Part shown: positions 10,892 to 20,761 of the stretch, piece by piece | Position numbering within the stretch: position 1 is the stretch's first letter | Layout: every line of letters begins with the position of its first letter | DNA from: Desulfomicrobium sp. | Lineage (GTDB): Bacteria > Desulfobacterota > Desulfovibrionia > Desulfovibrionales > Desulfomicrobiaceae | Length of the DNA: 64,000 bases | NCBI GenBank assembly: GCA_040768745.1 | Contig: JAXGMI010000001.1 | Coordinates: 576,001 to 640,000, forward strand | Reading direction: 5' to 3' | Translations under genes and position numbers: made by a program | Notes under the pieces: generated by a model | Databases searched by the model: none | Told to the model about the DNA's origin: nothing | What the model saw: only the letters and a program-made list of their open reading frames with translations

Positions 10892-11643
10892 AGAAGCTCA
10901 TGGCCGCCAATTGGAAGATGTACAAGACCGTGGACCAGGGCGTGGCCACGGCCCAGGAGCTGGTGCGCCTGCTGGCCGGCCGGCTGCCCAGCGACAGGGA
11001 GGTGCTCCTCTGCCCCCCGTTCACCATGCTCGAGGGCGTGTCCCGCGTCCTGGCGGACGCCCCAGGCTGCTCCACCGGAGCCCAGAACTTCTACCCTGCG
11101 GCCCAGGGCGCCTTCACCGGCGAGATCGCGCCAGACCAGCTTCTGGCCCTGGGCTGCACCTTTGCCCTGGCCGGACATTCCGAGCGGCGGCACATCATGG
11201 GCGAAAGCGATGAATTCGTGGGCCAGAAGGTGGCCTTTGGCCTCGCGGCCGGCCTCAAGATGATCCTGTGCATCGGAGAGACCATTGCCCAGCGCAGGGC
11301 CGGCCAGGTGGAAGACGTCCTGGAGCGCCAGCTGGAGGCGGGGCTGTCCGGCGGCCTGGGCGCCGCCACGGCCGAGAACCTGGCCGTGGCCTATGAGCCG
11401 GTGTGGGCCATCGGCACGGGCGAGGTGGCCGGCCCTGCGGAAATCCTGTCCGCCCATGCCTGCGTGCGGGACAAACTCAAGGCCATGCTCCCAGCCCAGG
11501 CAGACCAGGTGCGGATCCTGTACGGAGGATCGGTCAAGCCCGACAACGCCGCCACCATCATCCGCCTTGACAACGTGGACGGTGTGTTGGTAGGCGGCGC
11601 AAGTCTCAAAGCAGACAGCTTCAGCCAGATCGTGCTGGCCTAA
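10888..11643 (+). CDS. tpiA: Triosephosphate isomerase
   Basis: Motifs AANWKM, GAFTGE, GHSERR, AYEPVWAIGTG, YGGSVKP, LVGGASL. Confidence 0.98.
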   Translation: MKKLMAANWKMYKTVDQGVATAQELVRLLAGRLPSDREVLLCPPFTMLEGVSRVLADAPGCSTGAQNFYPAAQGAFTGEIAPDQLLALGCTFALAGHSERRHIMGESDEFVGQKVAFGLAAGLKMILCIGETIAQRRAGQVEDVLERQLEAGLSGGLGAATAENLAVAYEPVWAIGTGEVAGPAEILSAHACVRDKLKAMLPAQADQVRILYGGSVKPDNAATIIRLDNVDGVLVGGASLKADSFSQIVLA

Positions 11644-11661
11644 TTCCCAGGAGGTACTTCC

Positions 11662-12012
11662 TTGAATTCTTTAATCATTACCATACACGTCATTGCCTGT
11701 GTCACCCTTGTGGTCCTTGTCCTGCTCCAGTCCGGCAAGGAAGGCATGGGGGTCATTTTCGGCGGTGGCGGCGGGTCCCTGTTCGGATCCTCCGGCGCCG
11801 GAAGCCTGCTCAGCAAACTGACGGCAGGTGCGGCGACCGTGTTTTTCCTTACCTCCATGGTCTTCACCTACATCAGCACTCAGAAGCACACCGCCCCCAG
11901 GGAATCCATCGTCCTGGACATGCCTGTGAACCAGGCCCCGGCAGGGCCGGCAACCGCCCCGGCGCAGGAGCAGAACGCCCAGCAGCCCGCAGGCCAGGAA
12001 AAATCACAGTAA
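11662..12012 (+). CDS. secG: Preprotein translocase subunit SecG
   Basis: LVLLQSGKEG-GGGGGSLFG motif, two TM helices, conserved tpiA-secG-tRNA-Leu synteny; TTG start after AGGAGG. Confidence 0.93.
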   Translation: MNSLIITIHVIACVTLVVLVLLQSGKEGMGVIFGGGGGSLFGSSGAGSLLSKLTAGAATVFFLTSMVFTYISTQKHTAPRESIVLDMPVNQAPAGPATAPAQEQNAQQPAGQEKSQ

Positions 12013-12106
12013 GAAACACTGGACAAACATGGTGGGCATGGCTAAACACTGCATCTCCGGTCGGGGGTGCGGTTTGCGCCGGGAAGATACGGAAAATTCG
12101 AGAGTT

Positions 12107-12191
12107 GTCGAAGTGGTGGAATTGGTAGACACGCTATCTTGAGGGGGTAGTGGGGTATCCCGTGGGGGTTCGAGTCCCCCCTTCGACACCA
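12107..12191 (+). tRNA. tRNA-Leu (anticodon GAG)
   Basis: Acceptor stem GTCGAAG/CTTCGAC plus ACCA; anticodon arm ctatc-ttGAGgg-ggtag; long variable arm; GGTTCGAGTCC T-arm. Confidence 0.96.
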
Positions 12192-12200
12192 GACAAATTC

Positions 12201-12234
12201 GGGCCTTACAGTCAACAACCTGTAAGGCCCTTTT
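12201..12234 (+). terminator. Terminator after tRNA-Leu
   Basis: Hairpin gggccttacag-N8-ctgtaaggccc followed by tttt. Confidence 0.8.
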
Positions 12235-12238
12235 ATTG

Positions 12239-12533
12239 GGCTCATCCGGTTTGAGCGAACGCGCACAGATGGGTTATTACAGCAATACTTCGAATTTTCG
12301 ACAGAATGCACCGGTGTGAACATGACGTTTGATTCGTCATCGAGAGGCGTCTTCGCCGTGGCGATCCATTATGATTTGTCCGATTAAACCGGTGCGTCTT
12401 CATTCACCGAAAATCTGGATTGCTTCGTCGCTGACTCCTCGCTATGATAAAATTCAAATGCTGGTGCCCCGTCTTTTGCAAGTGCAGAGAGACCGAGACC
12501 CATAGACCCGCGGACGCTCAAACCGGATGAACC
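12239..12533. repeat. About 295-bp non-coding element bounded by 25-bp imperfect inverted repeats (MITE-like or IS remnant)
   Basis: GGCTCATCCGGTTTGAGCGAACGCG (12239-12263) versus the reverse complement of 12509-12533, GGTTCATCCGGTTTGAGCGTCCGCG; 16-bp perfect core. Confidence 0.55.
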
Positions 12534-12568
12534 GAGAAAAAAGACGTTTCCACCATTGCGATAGCAGG

Positions 12569-15500
12569 TCATGGTAAACTCTTTTTGAGACCAAACTTGC
12601 GTAATTTCGCGTAGAGCGTAGAGCGTTTGACGCCAAGGATCTGTTCCGCGCCGCCAGGACCGATCACCTTGCCCTGGGTTACCTCCAGCACATGCTTCAT
12701 ATATCGGATCGTCAGTTCCTCCACTGTGGGGAAATCCGCATAGAACGTCTTGAACTCGTTGCTCTCCTCAGGCTGGGACTCCTGTCTGCGCTGCCCCAAC
12801 AGCAGAAGATCCAAAGGGCCTCCAGTATTCAGAATAACTGAACGTTCCACCACGTTTTTCATCTCCCGGATATTGCCATGCCAAGGATAATGCTTGCATT
12901 TTTCGACTACTGTTTGATCCAATGGGGCAAAATGGCGTCCATATCGCGTGCTGAACTGTTCAATAAACAACTTCAGCAGCCCTGGAATGTCATCTTTGCG
13001 CTCACGCAACGGCGGTATCGTGATGGGGATGACGGAAACACGATAGTAAAGATCTTCTCTAAAACGTCCTTCCTGAACCTCATCCCACAAATTTTTGTTC
13101 GTTGCGGCGATCAGGCGGAAATCCGACTCGATATTTCGCGTCCCTCCCACCCGCATGAAAGTATGCTCCTGCAGGACGCGTAGCAACTTTACTTGAAATG
13201 ACAAAGGGATTTCCGCCAGTTCATCGATGAAGAAAGTCCCATTGTTCGCCAGTTCGAACAGGCCAGGCTTCTGCCTGTCAGCTCCGGTAAAAGCGCCTTT
13301 TTCATGGCCGAAAAACTCGCTTTCAAATAGATTTTCCGGGGTGCTGGCAGGGTGGACGGGAATGAAAGCACCTGTTCTGCCACTGAACTCATGAATCCGT
13401 CTGGCCAAGACCTCCTTCCCCACGCCGGTTTCACCAAGAATCAGTATGGTTGCATCGGACGCAGCAGCATGACGGGCCTGTTCCAGCGTTCTACGAAATC
13501 CGACCCCATCGTAATACTTCATGGCGGAATCATATGGCATGGAGAATTCGATATCGCCCATTTGCTGCAGATTACGCGTGCGAACCATGTTCATCCGGGA
13601 CAGAATCTTCAGTTCGCGCTCCATCGCTCGATGAAGACGCTTTTGCGCCTCTGCATCCATGGACACGAACGCGCCGGCAATATGGCTACTCTCCATGAAG
13701 AAACCATGCGTGCCTTCTCCGCAATTGGAAATCCTTAGACGGAGAGAAACCTTTTCCTGCGTGCAGGACAGCAGGCAATCCGGAGTACCGGGATACGCCA
13801 ACTCCTGAAGCCGTGAAGCATACGTCTGGGAGTCAAATTCCTGAGCCTGGACATTGCAGCCAAGTACATACCCCGCCTTGCCGTCCGGAAGTAGCCTACA
13901 CAGGACAGCGCGCTCAGCCCCCATTTCGCGCTGTACGGCATTGAGCAATGCACCTATCTGCGCCTCAACAGGCAGTGCGGGCCCAATATTTCCAATGAGG
14001 TTGAAGCAGCTTTCCAGACAGTCCGCCACCGAAGCCGGAAAAACATGTCCCTGCCATGGCATAAGATGCACAAAAGCATTGGCGGGTTGCAGCGTTGTTG
14101 ATGCAAAATCCGCCTGCGCCGACACCTCCAGCTTTTCGGCCTCTGCAACCCGGCCGCACCGTTTCAGCAGCGGCACAAGAAGCAGGGCGCTTCGGGCGGC
14201 CTCGCGCCTATCTCCACAACTGCGAAACGCCTCATGACTACTACGGAGCAGGCTTATCCCGTTCTCGACATCATCCCCGGCAAGCCGAAGCGCCTTCAGC
14301 CTAAAGGCCATGCCGTGGAGATGCCTGTTCTGTCTGCCAAGCACATTTTCTATTTCTTCATCTAGTCGATAGCCGGGGATGGGGGGCAAGCCCTTCGCCT
14401 CATAACTCGCCAGAAGCTCCAGCACCCATGTCGCCGTGTAGGCAAACCGCCCTATTCCATGTCGAAAACGCGAACGCATGCACTCCATCATGATGCGGTG
14501 CGAAACTTCAAGCTTGTCGGATTGGGCATGATGGAGTGCCAGAGCACGCCAAGCCCAAAGAAAGAGTTTGGGAGAGGATTCGGTATCCACGCAATCAATC
14601 ACGGCGGACAGATACTCCAACCCCTGTTCTGTAATTCCCATCTGCAGAAAATGTACAGCTAGCAAGATCTTCATCCACAGAATTTTATGCCTGTCTCCGC
14701 GTGCCTGCGCTTCGTGCAGGGCACTTTCGCAAATTCCTATACTTTGAGCATACTGGCAAAGTCGGCTTGCTGCCGGAGCCATGTACAACGGATACATTTC
14801 ATTGAAATACATACAGTTGAGCATCTGCGGACAATTATGCGCGAGATCGAAGGCAGAGTAGCACGCACGAAAATCTCCCCGCGCGTAGTAAAGAAAGGAC
14901 AAAAAGTAGCTGACCTGTCCCTCCATGTCGGCATCATCGAGCACTTTGATGGCGTTGAGCCCCTGTTCAAGCAAACTGTTCAGGCTTGTTGGATCTTCCA
15001 CTCCGGAGAGAATTTCCAGGCAGCCTCCCACAAGATTGATCAGAGCCTGGGCCCGCTGATCCCCCAGCATCTTGGCTACGCAGTGCGCCCGTTCCGAGAG
15101 CGCATGCGCCGCAGTCATACACACTCCCAGCGAAAAAGCGTCGCTCTGAGCCATAAGGATTACACTGACATAGTGACGTTTCTCAAGATCGCTCATGCTT
15201 CCATACGGACAGTCTTGCAGGCGGTGCACCAGCAGTTCAAGACAGATTGCCGCCCCGCTAAGATGCGAAGCAACTATCAACCGTTGCAAAAGCGTCTGCA
15301 ACAGGACGCAGGCTTCGAAAACACGCGAGTCGGCAAGCAGGACAAGGGTGCGTCCCGGAAGATCATCCTCGCGCGGGAAATATTTCTTGAATCCGCCGAC
15401 CAGTTCCTGATTGGACGAGGATGCCGCCAGAAGCCAGTGCGTTTGTTCCTCGTCACGTTCAGCAATTCCGAATTCAACCATGTCGTGGAGCAGACTGTTC

Positions 15501-15610
15501 TGCGTTTCGAGTGACAAGCCAAGAAACTGGCTAAGAGAGGCCGTAGTTAGTCCATTCGGAAATTCTCTAAGAAGCAATAGGGTTCGGAACGCGTCGTAGT
15601 TAAATGACAT
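12569..15610 (-). CDS. Large sigma54-dependent transcriptional activator (bEBP) with long helical N-terminal sensory region and C-terminal Fis-type HTH
   Basis: Walker [44 protein letters not shown], and [19 protein letters not shown]. Confidence 0.93.
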   Translation of the reverse strand: MSFNYDAFRTLLLLREFPNGLTTASLSQFLGLSLETQNSLLHDMVEFGIAERDEEQTHWLLAASSSNQELVGGFKKYFPREDDLPGRTLVLLADSRVFEACVLLQTLLQRLIVASHLSGAAICLELLVHRLQDCPYGSMSDLEKRHYVSVILMAQSDAFSLGVCMTAAHALSERAHCVAKMLGDQRAQALINLVGGCLEILSGVEDPTSLNSLLEQGLNAIKVLDDADMEGQVSYFLSFLYYARGDFRACYSAFDLAHNCPQMLNCMYFNEMYPLYMAPAASRLCQYAQSIGICESALHEAQARGDRHKILWMKILLAVHFLQMGITEQGLEYLSAVIDCVDTESSPKLFLWAWRALALHHAQSDKLEVSHRIMMECMRSRFRHGIGRFAYTATWVLELLASYEAKGLPPIPGYRLDEEIENVLGRQNRHLHGMAFRLKALRLAGDDVENGISLLRSSHEAFRSCGDRREAARSALLLVPLLKRCGRVAEAEKLEVSAQADFASTTLQPANAFVHLMPWQGHVFPASVADCLESCFNLIGNIGPALPVEAQIGALLNAVQREMGAERAVLCRLLPDGKAGYVLGCNVQAQEFDSQTYASRLQELAYPGTPDCLLSCTQEKVSLRLRISNCGEGTHGFFMESSHIAGAFVSMDAEAQKRLHRAMERELKILSRMNMVRTRNLQQMGDIEFSMPYDSAMKYYDGVGFRRTLEQARHAAASDATILILGETGVGKEVLARRIHEFSGRTGAFIPVHPASTPENLFESEFFGHEKGAFTGADRQKPGLFELANNGTFFIDELAEIPLSFQVKLLRVLQEHTFMRVGGTRNIESDFRLIAATNKNLWDEVQEGRFREDLYYRVSVIPITIPPLRERKDDIPGLLKLFIEQFSTRYGRHFAPLDQTVVEKCKHYPWHGNIREMKNVVERSVILNTGGPLDLLLLGQRRQESQPEESNEFKTFYADFPTVEELTIRYMKHVLEVTQGKVIGPGGAEQILGVKRSTLYAKLRKFGLKKSLP

Positions 15611-15629
15611 GACATGGCTCCTTCAGTTT

Positions 15630-15682
15630 TTTCTAAAAACTGGAATTTTGCCAAATTAAGAAAAATTTCTAAATTAAGGAAA
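15630..15682. promoter_or_regulatory. Candidate upstream activator sites: three imperfect repeats at 18-bp spacing
   Basis: tttctaaaaactggaa (15630), ttgccaaattaagaaa (15648), tttctaaattaaggaa (15666). Confidence 0.45.
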
Positions 15683-15742
15683 CATTTTTTTCAATTTTTT
15701 TATAATATACTATATTTAAAAGATATAATTATTTATTTTCTC

Positions 15743-15759
15743 TTGGAACATTTTTTGCT
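15743..15759 (+). promoter_or_regulatory. sigma54 (-24/-12) promoter of the catabolic operon
   Basis: TTGGAACATTTTTTGCT = GG-N10-GC, divergent from the bEBP gene and preceded by an AT-rich tract. Confidence 0.7.
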
Positions 15760-15946
15760 GATTCGAAGGAAAGACCGCGCACGATGTGGCGAGGCCTGAA
15801 ACAGGGCATGCGGTCTCCGAGACATTCGGCTTCTCGGAAAACTGTGGCACGAGATGGCGCCGGGCGAGTCGGCATCACTCGAAACGCAGGTGATAATGGC
15901 TGAAAAATGCTCACCGTCATCCTCAACCCTCAAGGAGTAATGTATT

Positions 15947-16900
15947 ATGCGCCGCATACTGCTGAGTCTCATGGCTTTTTGCATTGCGTTTGTATTCGTT
16001 TCTGCTCCGGCACAGGCCGAGTATCCGGAACGCCCTGTCACCGTCGTTCTCGGCTTCGCCGCCGGTGGAGCCACGGATATTATGGCACGCGCCTTGGCTG
16101 ATCTCCTGTCCAAGGAACTGGGAGACACCTTCATCGTCAAAAACGTCACTGGCGCCGGCGGCACCATGGGCGCAGCCGAACTCGCCAAAGCCAATCCGGA
16201 TGGCTACACTCTAGGCTATTTTCCGGTTGGTACCATGGCCATCCAACCCAATCTTCGTAAGTTGCCTTACAATTGGGATGAGTTCACACCGATTAGCATG
16301 GTTTCTGTCAACCCAGTCGTTCTGGTCACTTCATCCAAGAGCCCTTGGAAGAATTTCCAGGATGCCGTCGATGACATCAAGAAAAATCCCAACAAGTATG
16401 TCTTCGCGAGCAGTGCTCCGGGCAGCTCGCCGCACTTCTGCATGCAGGCGCTGTTCTCGGCCCTGGGCCTGCAGGTTGTTCACATGCCCGCAAACGGATC
16501 CGCTGGGGCCATCCAGGCACTCCAGGCGGGAACCGTGCAGTTTTACGCCGATCCTCCAGTCATCATCAGGCAGTTCGACCTCGTGGGACTGGGGGTGTTC
16601 GGGGACAAGCGCATGCCTGAATACCCAGACATCCCGACATTCCGCGAACTTGGTATCAACGTTCCGAACTTCACGGGTTGGCATGCCTTCTGGGGACCTA
16701 AGAATCTTCCTCCCCAAATTTTGAGCAAGCTTGAAGCCGCAGCCGAGAAGGCTATCAACTCACCTGAATTCAAGCAGATCTGCCAACGTACCGACATGAA
16801 AAATACATTTATGTCTTCCACCGAAACAACTAGCTTCTTCGCCTCGGAATACAACAACTACAAGGCGCTCGCCGACCAACTCGGCATGGTTAAAAATTAG
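15947..16900 (+). CDS. Tripartite tricarboxylate transporter substrate-binding protein (TctC/Bug)
   Basis: Signal peptide, YPERPVTVVLGFAAGGATD, NVTGAGG, PDGYTL, YPDIPTFRELG. Confidence 0.93.
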   Translation: MRRILLSLMAFCIAFVFVSAPAQAEYPERPVTVVLGFAAGGATDIMARALADLLSKELGDTFIVKNVTGAGGTMGAAELAKANPDGYTLGYFPVGTMAIQPNLRKLPYNWDEFTPISMVSVNPVVLVTSSKSPWKNFQDAVDDIKKNPNKYVFASSAPGSSPHFCMQALFSALGLQVVHMPANGSAGAIQALQAGTVQFYADPPVIIRQFDLVGLGVFGDKRMPEYPDIPTFRELGINVPNFTGWHAFWGPKNLPPQILSKLEAAAEKAINSPEFKQICQRTDMKNTFMSSTETTSFFASEYNNYKALADQLGMVKN

Positions 16901-16958
16901 CCCCCAACAGCGACCGGGGGAGGTGAACCTTCCCCGGTGCCAACAAGGAGCGCGCCGT

Positions 16959-17933
16959 ATGGCAGGACATTATTCCAAAGTGGTGGTTTGCGGCGCCGGG
17001 GTCATGGGGCATTCCCTTGCAGTGCTTCACGCCCGAAGATCCGAAGTCTGGCTGACAGACATCAGCGAACAGGCGCTGCGCCGCGCCGTTCCACTAATAC
17101 GCAGTGCGCTTGAGACCATGAACCGGGCTGGCGCGCTTGACGAGGCCCCGGAAACCGTCATGGCGCGCATCTATTGCTCGACAAAACTGGCCAACTGTCT
17201 GCCGGGTGCGGATTTGGTCGTTGAAGCGATCAGTGAAAACGCCGAAACAAAACGCTCCTTTTTTGCTCAGCTTGTTGACGAAAACGACGGTACCGCCATC
17301 CTGGAGAGCCACACAATTGTTGCCAGCAACACGTCCTCTCTGGACATTTTTGCGCTTGCTCCCGCGCCTCTGAAACGTCGGCTTTATGGGGCACATCATT
17401 TCGTGCCGCCACACATCATTCCGCTGACGGAAATAGCGCAGCCCGCTGACCCGTTGCCCGGGGCCACGGACACGCTTCTGGAGCATTACCGGTCTGTCGG
17501 GGCAGTTCCAGTTCTTCTCGACCGCTTTTGCCCGGGATTCATCATCAACCGTATCCAGACAGCCATCCATCGTGAAATGTTCAAGCTGATTGAAGAAAAA
17601 ATCGTCGACGCACAAAAACTTGATCTCGCCGTCAAGGCCAGTTTGGGAATCCGCATTCCCGTTCTCGGCATCCTGAAACGCCTTGATTTCGCCGGGCTGG
17701 ATATCGTTGCGGGAAACATGACGCGCCTTGGGCTGACTCCTCCCGCGGCCATAAGCAAATTGGTCGCAAAAGGGGATTATGGGGTGAAAACCGGTAGGGG
17801 GTTTTACGATTATACCGACCGCACCACGGAATCCATATTCGAGGAACGCGACAAAGCCATGCTGTCAATACGCAGGGCCATGGAAAATGCCAATCTGCTG
17901 CTGCCGCGGCAGGAAAAGGAGCCATCTCTATGA
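16959..17933 (+). CDS. 3-hydroxyacyl-CoA dehydrogenase family NAD-dependent oxidoreductase
   Basis: Motifs GAGVMG, EAISE, SNTSSL, PGFIINR, GVKTGRGFYDY; AAGGAG RBS before ATG 16959. Confidence 0.88.
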   Translation: MAGHYSKVVVCGAGVMGHSLAVLHARRSEVWLTDISEQALRRAVPLIRSALETMNRAGALDEAPETVMARIYCSTKLANCLPGADLVVEAISENAETKRSFFAQLVDENDGTAILESHTIVASNTSSLDIFALAPAPLKRRLYGAHHFVPPHIIPLTEIAQPADPLPGATDTLLEHYRSVGAVPVLLDRFCPGFIINRIQTAIHREMFKLIEEKIVDAQKLDLAVKASLGIRIPVLGILKRLDFAGLDIVAGNMTRLGLTPPAAISKLVAKGDYGVKTGRGFYDYTDRTTESIFEERDKAMLSIRRAMENANLLLPRQEKEPSL

Positions 17934-18382
17934 CGTACCGTTTTCAGGAACTTATGTTTGGCCTGTTCATGCTTGCTGTTGGCGGAGCTTTGATGCTCCA
18001 CTCGTTTTCCCCACAGTACGCATTGATGGCACAGGACATTCAAACCGGCCCCATGTTCTTCCCGCAAATCATTCTGACCATCTGGATCATTTGTGCCGTG
18101 GCGATGATCATTCGCGCATGGGGTGATGACGCAAAGAAGAAAGTGCCTTTCCAATGGCTGCGGGTTGCCGGAGCCGTCGCCATCATGTCCATGTTTATCT
18201 TCTTTTTCGACAAGATCGGTTACTTCCCTTCTGGCTTCTGCTGCTTTTTTGGCCTTGGCCTGATTCTGGGTCATAAGCATCCGGGACGTTTGCTGCTTGT
18301 CAGCATTGTCTACGCGGGATTCACGGATGTCCTGTTCCGGTGGGGTCTTAAACAGTATCTGCCAACCATGTTCGGTCTGTAG
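17930..18382 (+). CDS. Tripartite tricarboxylate transporter small permease TctB
   Basis: 150 aa, about four TM helices, GPMFFP motif; directly before TctA. Confidence 0.85.
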   Translation: MTYRFQELMFGLFMLAVGGALMLHSFSPQYALMAQDIQTGPMFFPQIILTIWIICAVAMIIRAWGDDAKKKVPFQWLRVAGAVAIMSMFIFFFDKIGYFPSGFCCFFGLGLILGHKHPGRLLLVSIVYAGFTDVLFRWGLKQYLPTMFGL

Positions 18383-18393
18383 GGGGTACAGCC

Positions 18394-19902
18394 ATGCTTG
18401 AATCTTTGGCCTCCGCCTTGCAGATGGTTTTTACGTTCGAAGCCATGCTCTGTCTGGTTGCCGGCACTTTTCTCGGGGTCGTCGTAGGTGCGCTCCCCGG
18501 CTTGGGATCAATACTGGGCATCACGCTCTGCCTGCCGTTCACATTCGGCATGAGCAATGCCGCCGCCATTTCCCTATTGCTTGGAGTCTATGCCGGTTCC
18601 GTATACGGGGGGTGCATATCCGCCGTCCTGGTCAACACTCCGGGCACGCCAGCGTCTGCGGCGACAACCTTTGACGGGTTCCCAATGGCACAAAAAGGCT
18701 TCGCCGAAAAAGCCCTGGGGTGGGCCACGCTGGGTTCTGTCTTTGGAGGCATGTTTTCCTGCGTGGTGCTGGTCATGTGCGCGCCGCAGCTTGCCTCCAT
18801 CGCTATGCTATTCGGACCTCCGGAAACCCTCTGTCTCATCTTCATGGGCATGACCTGCATATGCACCGTCGCGATGGGCGACATCTTCAAAGGGGTTCTT
18901 TCCGGCATGATCGGCCTGTTCTTTGCCAGCGTCGGTCAGGACGTCATGACCGGCGACGAACGTTTCACGTTCGGCTTCTTTCCTCTGGCAAGCGGTTTCG
19001 ATCTTGTCGCCGTGCTGGTTGGGGTCTTCGCCCTCAGCGAAGTCTTTGACCGGATTGATGTCGTAATCCGCCAGCAGATCACCAATATCATCAAATGCAA
19101 CGGGCTCAAAATGCCTTCGCTAAGCGAACTGGATAAATCCCGCTGGCTGCTACTCCTCAAATCCTCCGCTATCGGTTCCTTCATCGGCATTCTGCCGGGA
19201 ACGGGCACTTCGGCAGCGGTTTTTCTCAGCTATGGGGAAGCCCAACGCTCCTCTCCGCGGCGTGAGAACTTCGGCAAGGGCGAGCCTGATGGCATCATAG
19301 CTCCCGAAGCGGCCAACAACGCCGTCACCGGCGGCGCGCTGGTACCTTCACTTGCACTGGGGCTTCCCGGCGATGCCGTTACGGCCGTCATGCTGGCCAC
19401 GCTTATCATCCACGGCATCACTCCGGGAGTCCGCCTGATGCAGGACAGCCCCGACATCGTCTACAGCATGTTCCTGTCCCTGTCTTTGGCGAATCTCCTA
19501 ATAATCCCCTTCGGATGGCTGTGTGCGAAGGGCTTCTCCTACATGCTTAAACTTCCGGAATCCATCCTGCTGCCCATCATCACCCTTCTGTGTCTGCTGG
19601 GAACCTTCGGGGTCCGCAACAGTATGGTGGATCTGTGGACCTGCGTGATCATGGGCGCTTTCGGCCTGTTCATGCGTTATTTCAAAATGCCGCCTGCGCC
19701 GCTGGTCATCGGACTTGTACTCGGCCCGCTGTTCGAACTCAGTCTGCGTCAGACCTATCTGCTGAAACAAGGAGAAATGAGCCGAACCCTGACAGAGCAT
19801 CCCATTGCGCTGTTCCTCTTTATTGTGGCCGTCCTCATGCTGGTCTTCCCGATGCTTCGAAGACTGTGGAAAAGAATTAATGTCAATATATCCCATGCAT
19901 AA
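18394..19902 (+). CDS. Tripartite tricarboxylate transporter large permease TctA
   Basis: Motifs VGALPGLG, YGG-NTPGTPAS-DGFPMA, APEAANNA, LGLPGD. Confidence 0.95.
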   Translation: MLESLASALQMVFTFEAMLCLVAGTFLGVVVGALPGLGSILGITLCLPFTFGMSNAAAISLLLGVYAGSVYGGCISAVLVNTPGTPASAATTFDGFPMAQKGFAEKALGWATLGSVFGGMFSCVVLVMCAPQLASIAMLFGPPETLCLIFMGMTCICTVAMGDIFKGVLSGMIGLFFASVGQDVMTGDERFTFGFFPLASGFDLVAVLVGVFALSEVFDRIDVVIRQQITNIIKCNGLKMPSLSELDKSRWLLLLKSSAIGSFIGILPGTGTSAAVFLSYGEAQRSSPRRENFGKGEPDGIIAPEAANNAVTGGALVPSLALGLPGDAVTAVMLATLIIHGITPGVRLMQDSPDIVYSMFLSLSLANLLIIPFGWLCAKGFSYMLKLPESILLPIITLLCLLGTFGVRNSMVDLWTCVIMGAFGLFMRYFKMPPAPLVIGLVLGPLFELSLRQTYLLKQGEMSRTLTEHPIALFLFIVAVLMLVFPMLRRLWKRINVNISHA

Positions 19903-19927
19903 CAACTCTAACAGAGGTGAATAACAT

Positions 19928-20707
19928 ATGAATCTCAATGATAAAGTAACTATTATAACCGGAGGAGGACAGGGGATCGGACGTGCGCTTTCCCTTGGGT
20001 TCGCTGGTTATGGCGCAACTGTGATCGTAGCCGACATCAATGAACAGGGAACGCAAGGAACCGTCGACATAATCCGCAAGGAAGGTGGAAAGGCGCAAGG
20101 TGTTCACTTGGACGTCACAGACGAGGCCTCTGTTCAGGCACTCTTTAAAGTTGCTGTCGAAACCTTTGGCGGTGTGGACATCGTTATCAACAACAGCGGC
20201 GTTGCAGGACCCAAAGGCCAGACGGAATCGGTGACCCTGGACGACTGGCGACAGGCCAACTCCATCAACGTGGACGGCATGTTCCTTATGTGCAAGCACG
20301 CGATCCCGGTACTGCGAAACCGAGGCAAGGGGGTCATTCTTAACGTCTCATCCGTATCCGCCAAACGCCCGCTGATAGAACGCGCAAATTACTGCGCAGC
20401 CAAGGCCGCCGTCATAGGCCTCACACGTTCCCTGGCACTTGAGTGCGGCCAGTGGAATATTCGGGTCAACGCCATTTGCCCCGGCGCTGTTGAAGGGCCG
20501 CGGCAAGATGCCATCCTGCGTCATGCAGCGGCAGCCGCTGGGATCAGCTTTGAGGAAGCCGCAGCCCGCAAAAAGAGTAATTCCCCCCTCAACTCGTTTG
20601 TTCCGCCGTCACACATCGCGGAGGTAGCGGCCTTTCTCTGTTCGGACAAAGCATCTTCAATGACCGGTCAAGACATCAACATTTCCGCAGGCGCATGGAT
20701 GTGCTGA
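19928..20707 (+). CDS. Short-chain dehydrogenase/reductase (SDR)
   Basis: Motifs TGGGQGIG, NNSG, YCAAK, IRVNAICPG. Confidence 0.93.
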   Translation: MNLNDKVTIITGGGQGIGRALSLGFAGYGATVIVADINEQGTQGTVDIIRKEGGKAQGVHLDVTDEASVQALFKVAVETFGGVDIVINNSGVAGPKGQTESVTLDDWRQANSINVDGMFLMCKHAIPVLRNRGKGVILNVSSVSAKRPLIERANYCAAKAAVIGLTRSLALECGQWNIRVNAICPGAVEGPRQDAILRHAAAAAGISFEEAAARKKSNSPLNSFVPPSHIAEVAAFLCSDKASSMTGQDINISAGAWMC

Positions 20708-20761
20708 AGCGCAGGTTGCAAACATTCAATTGAAATAGAAACATATCAAGGAGACTCTCGA

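Noticed and set aside
15845..15860. Second sigma54 promoter TGGCACGAGATGGCGC
   Set aside because: Spacing is GG-N9-GC or GG-N11-GC, not the required N10
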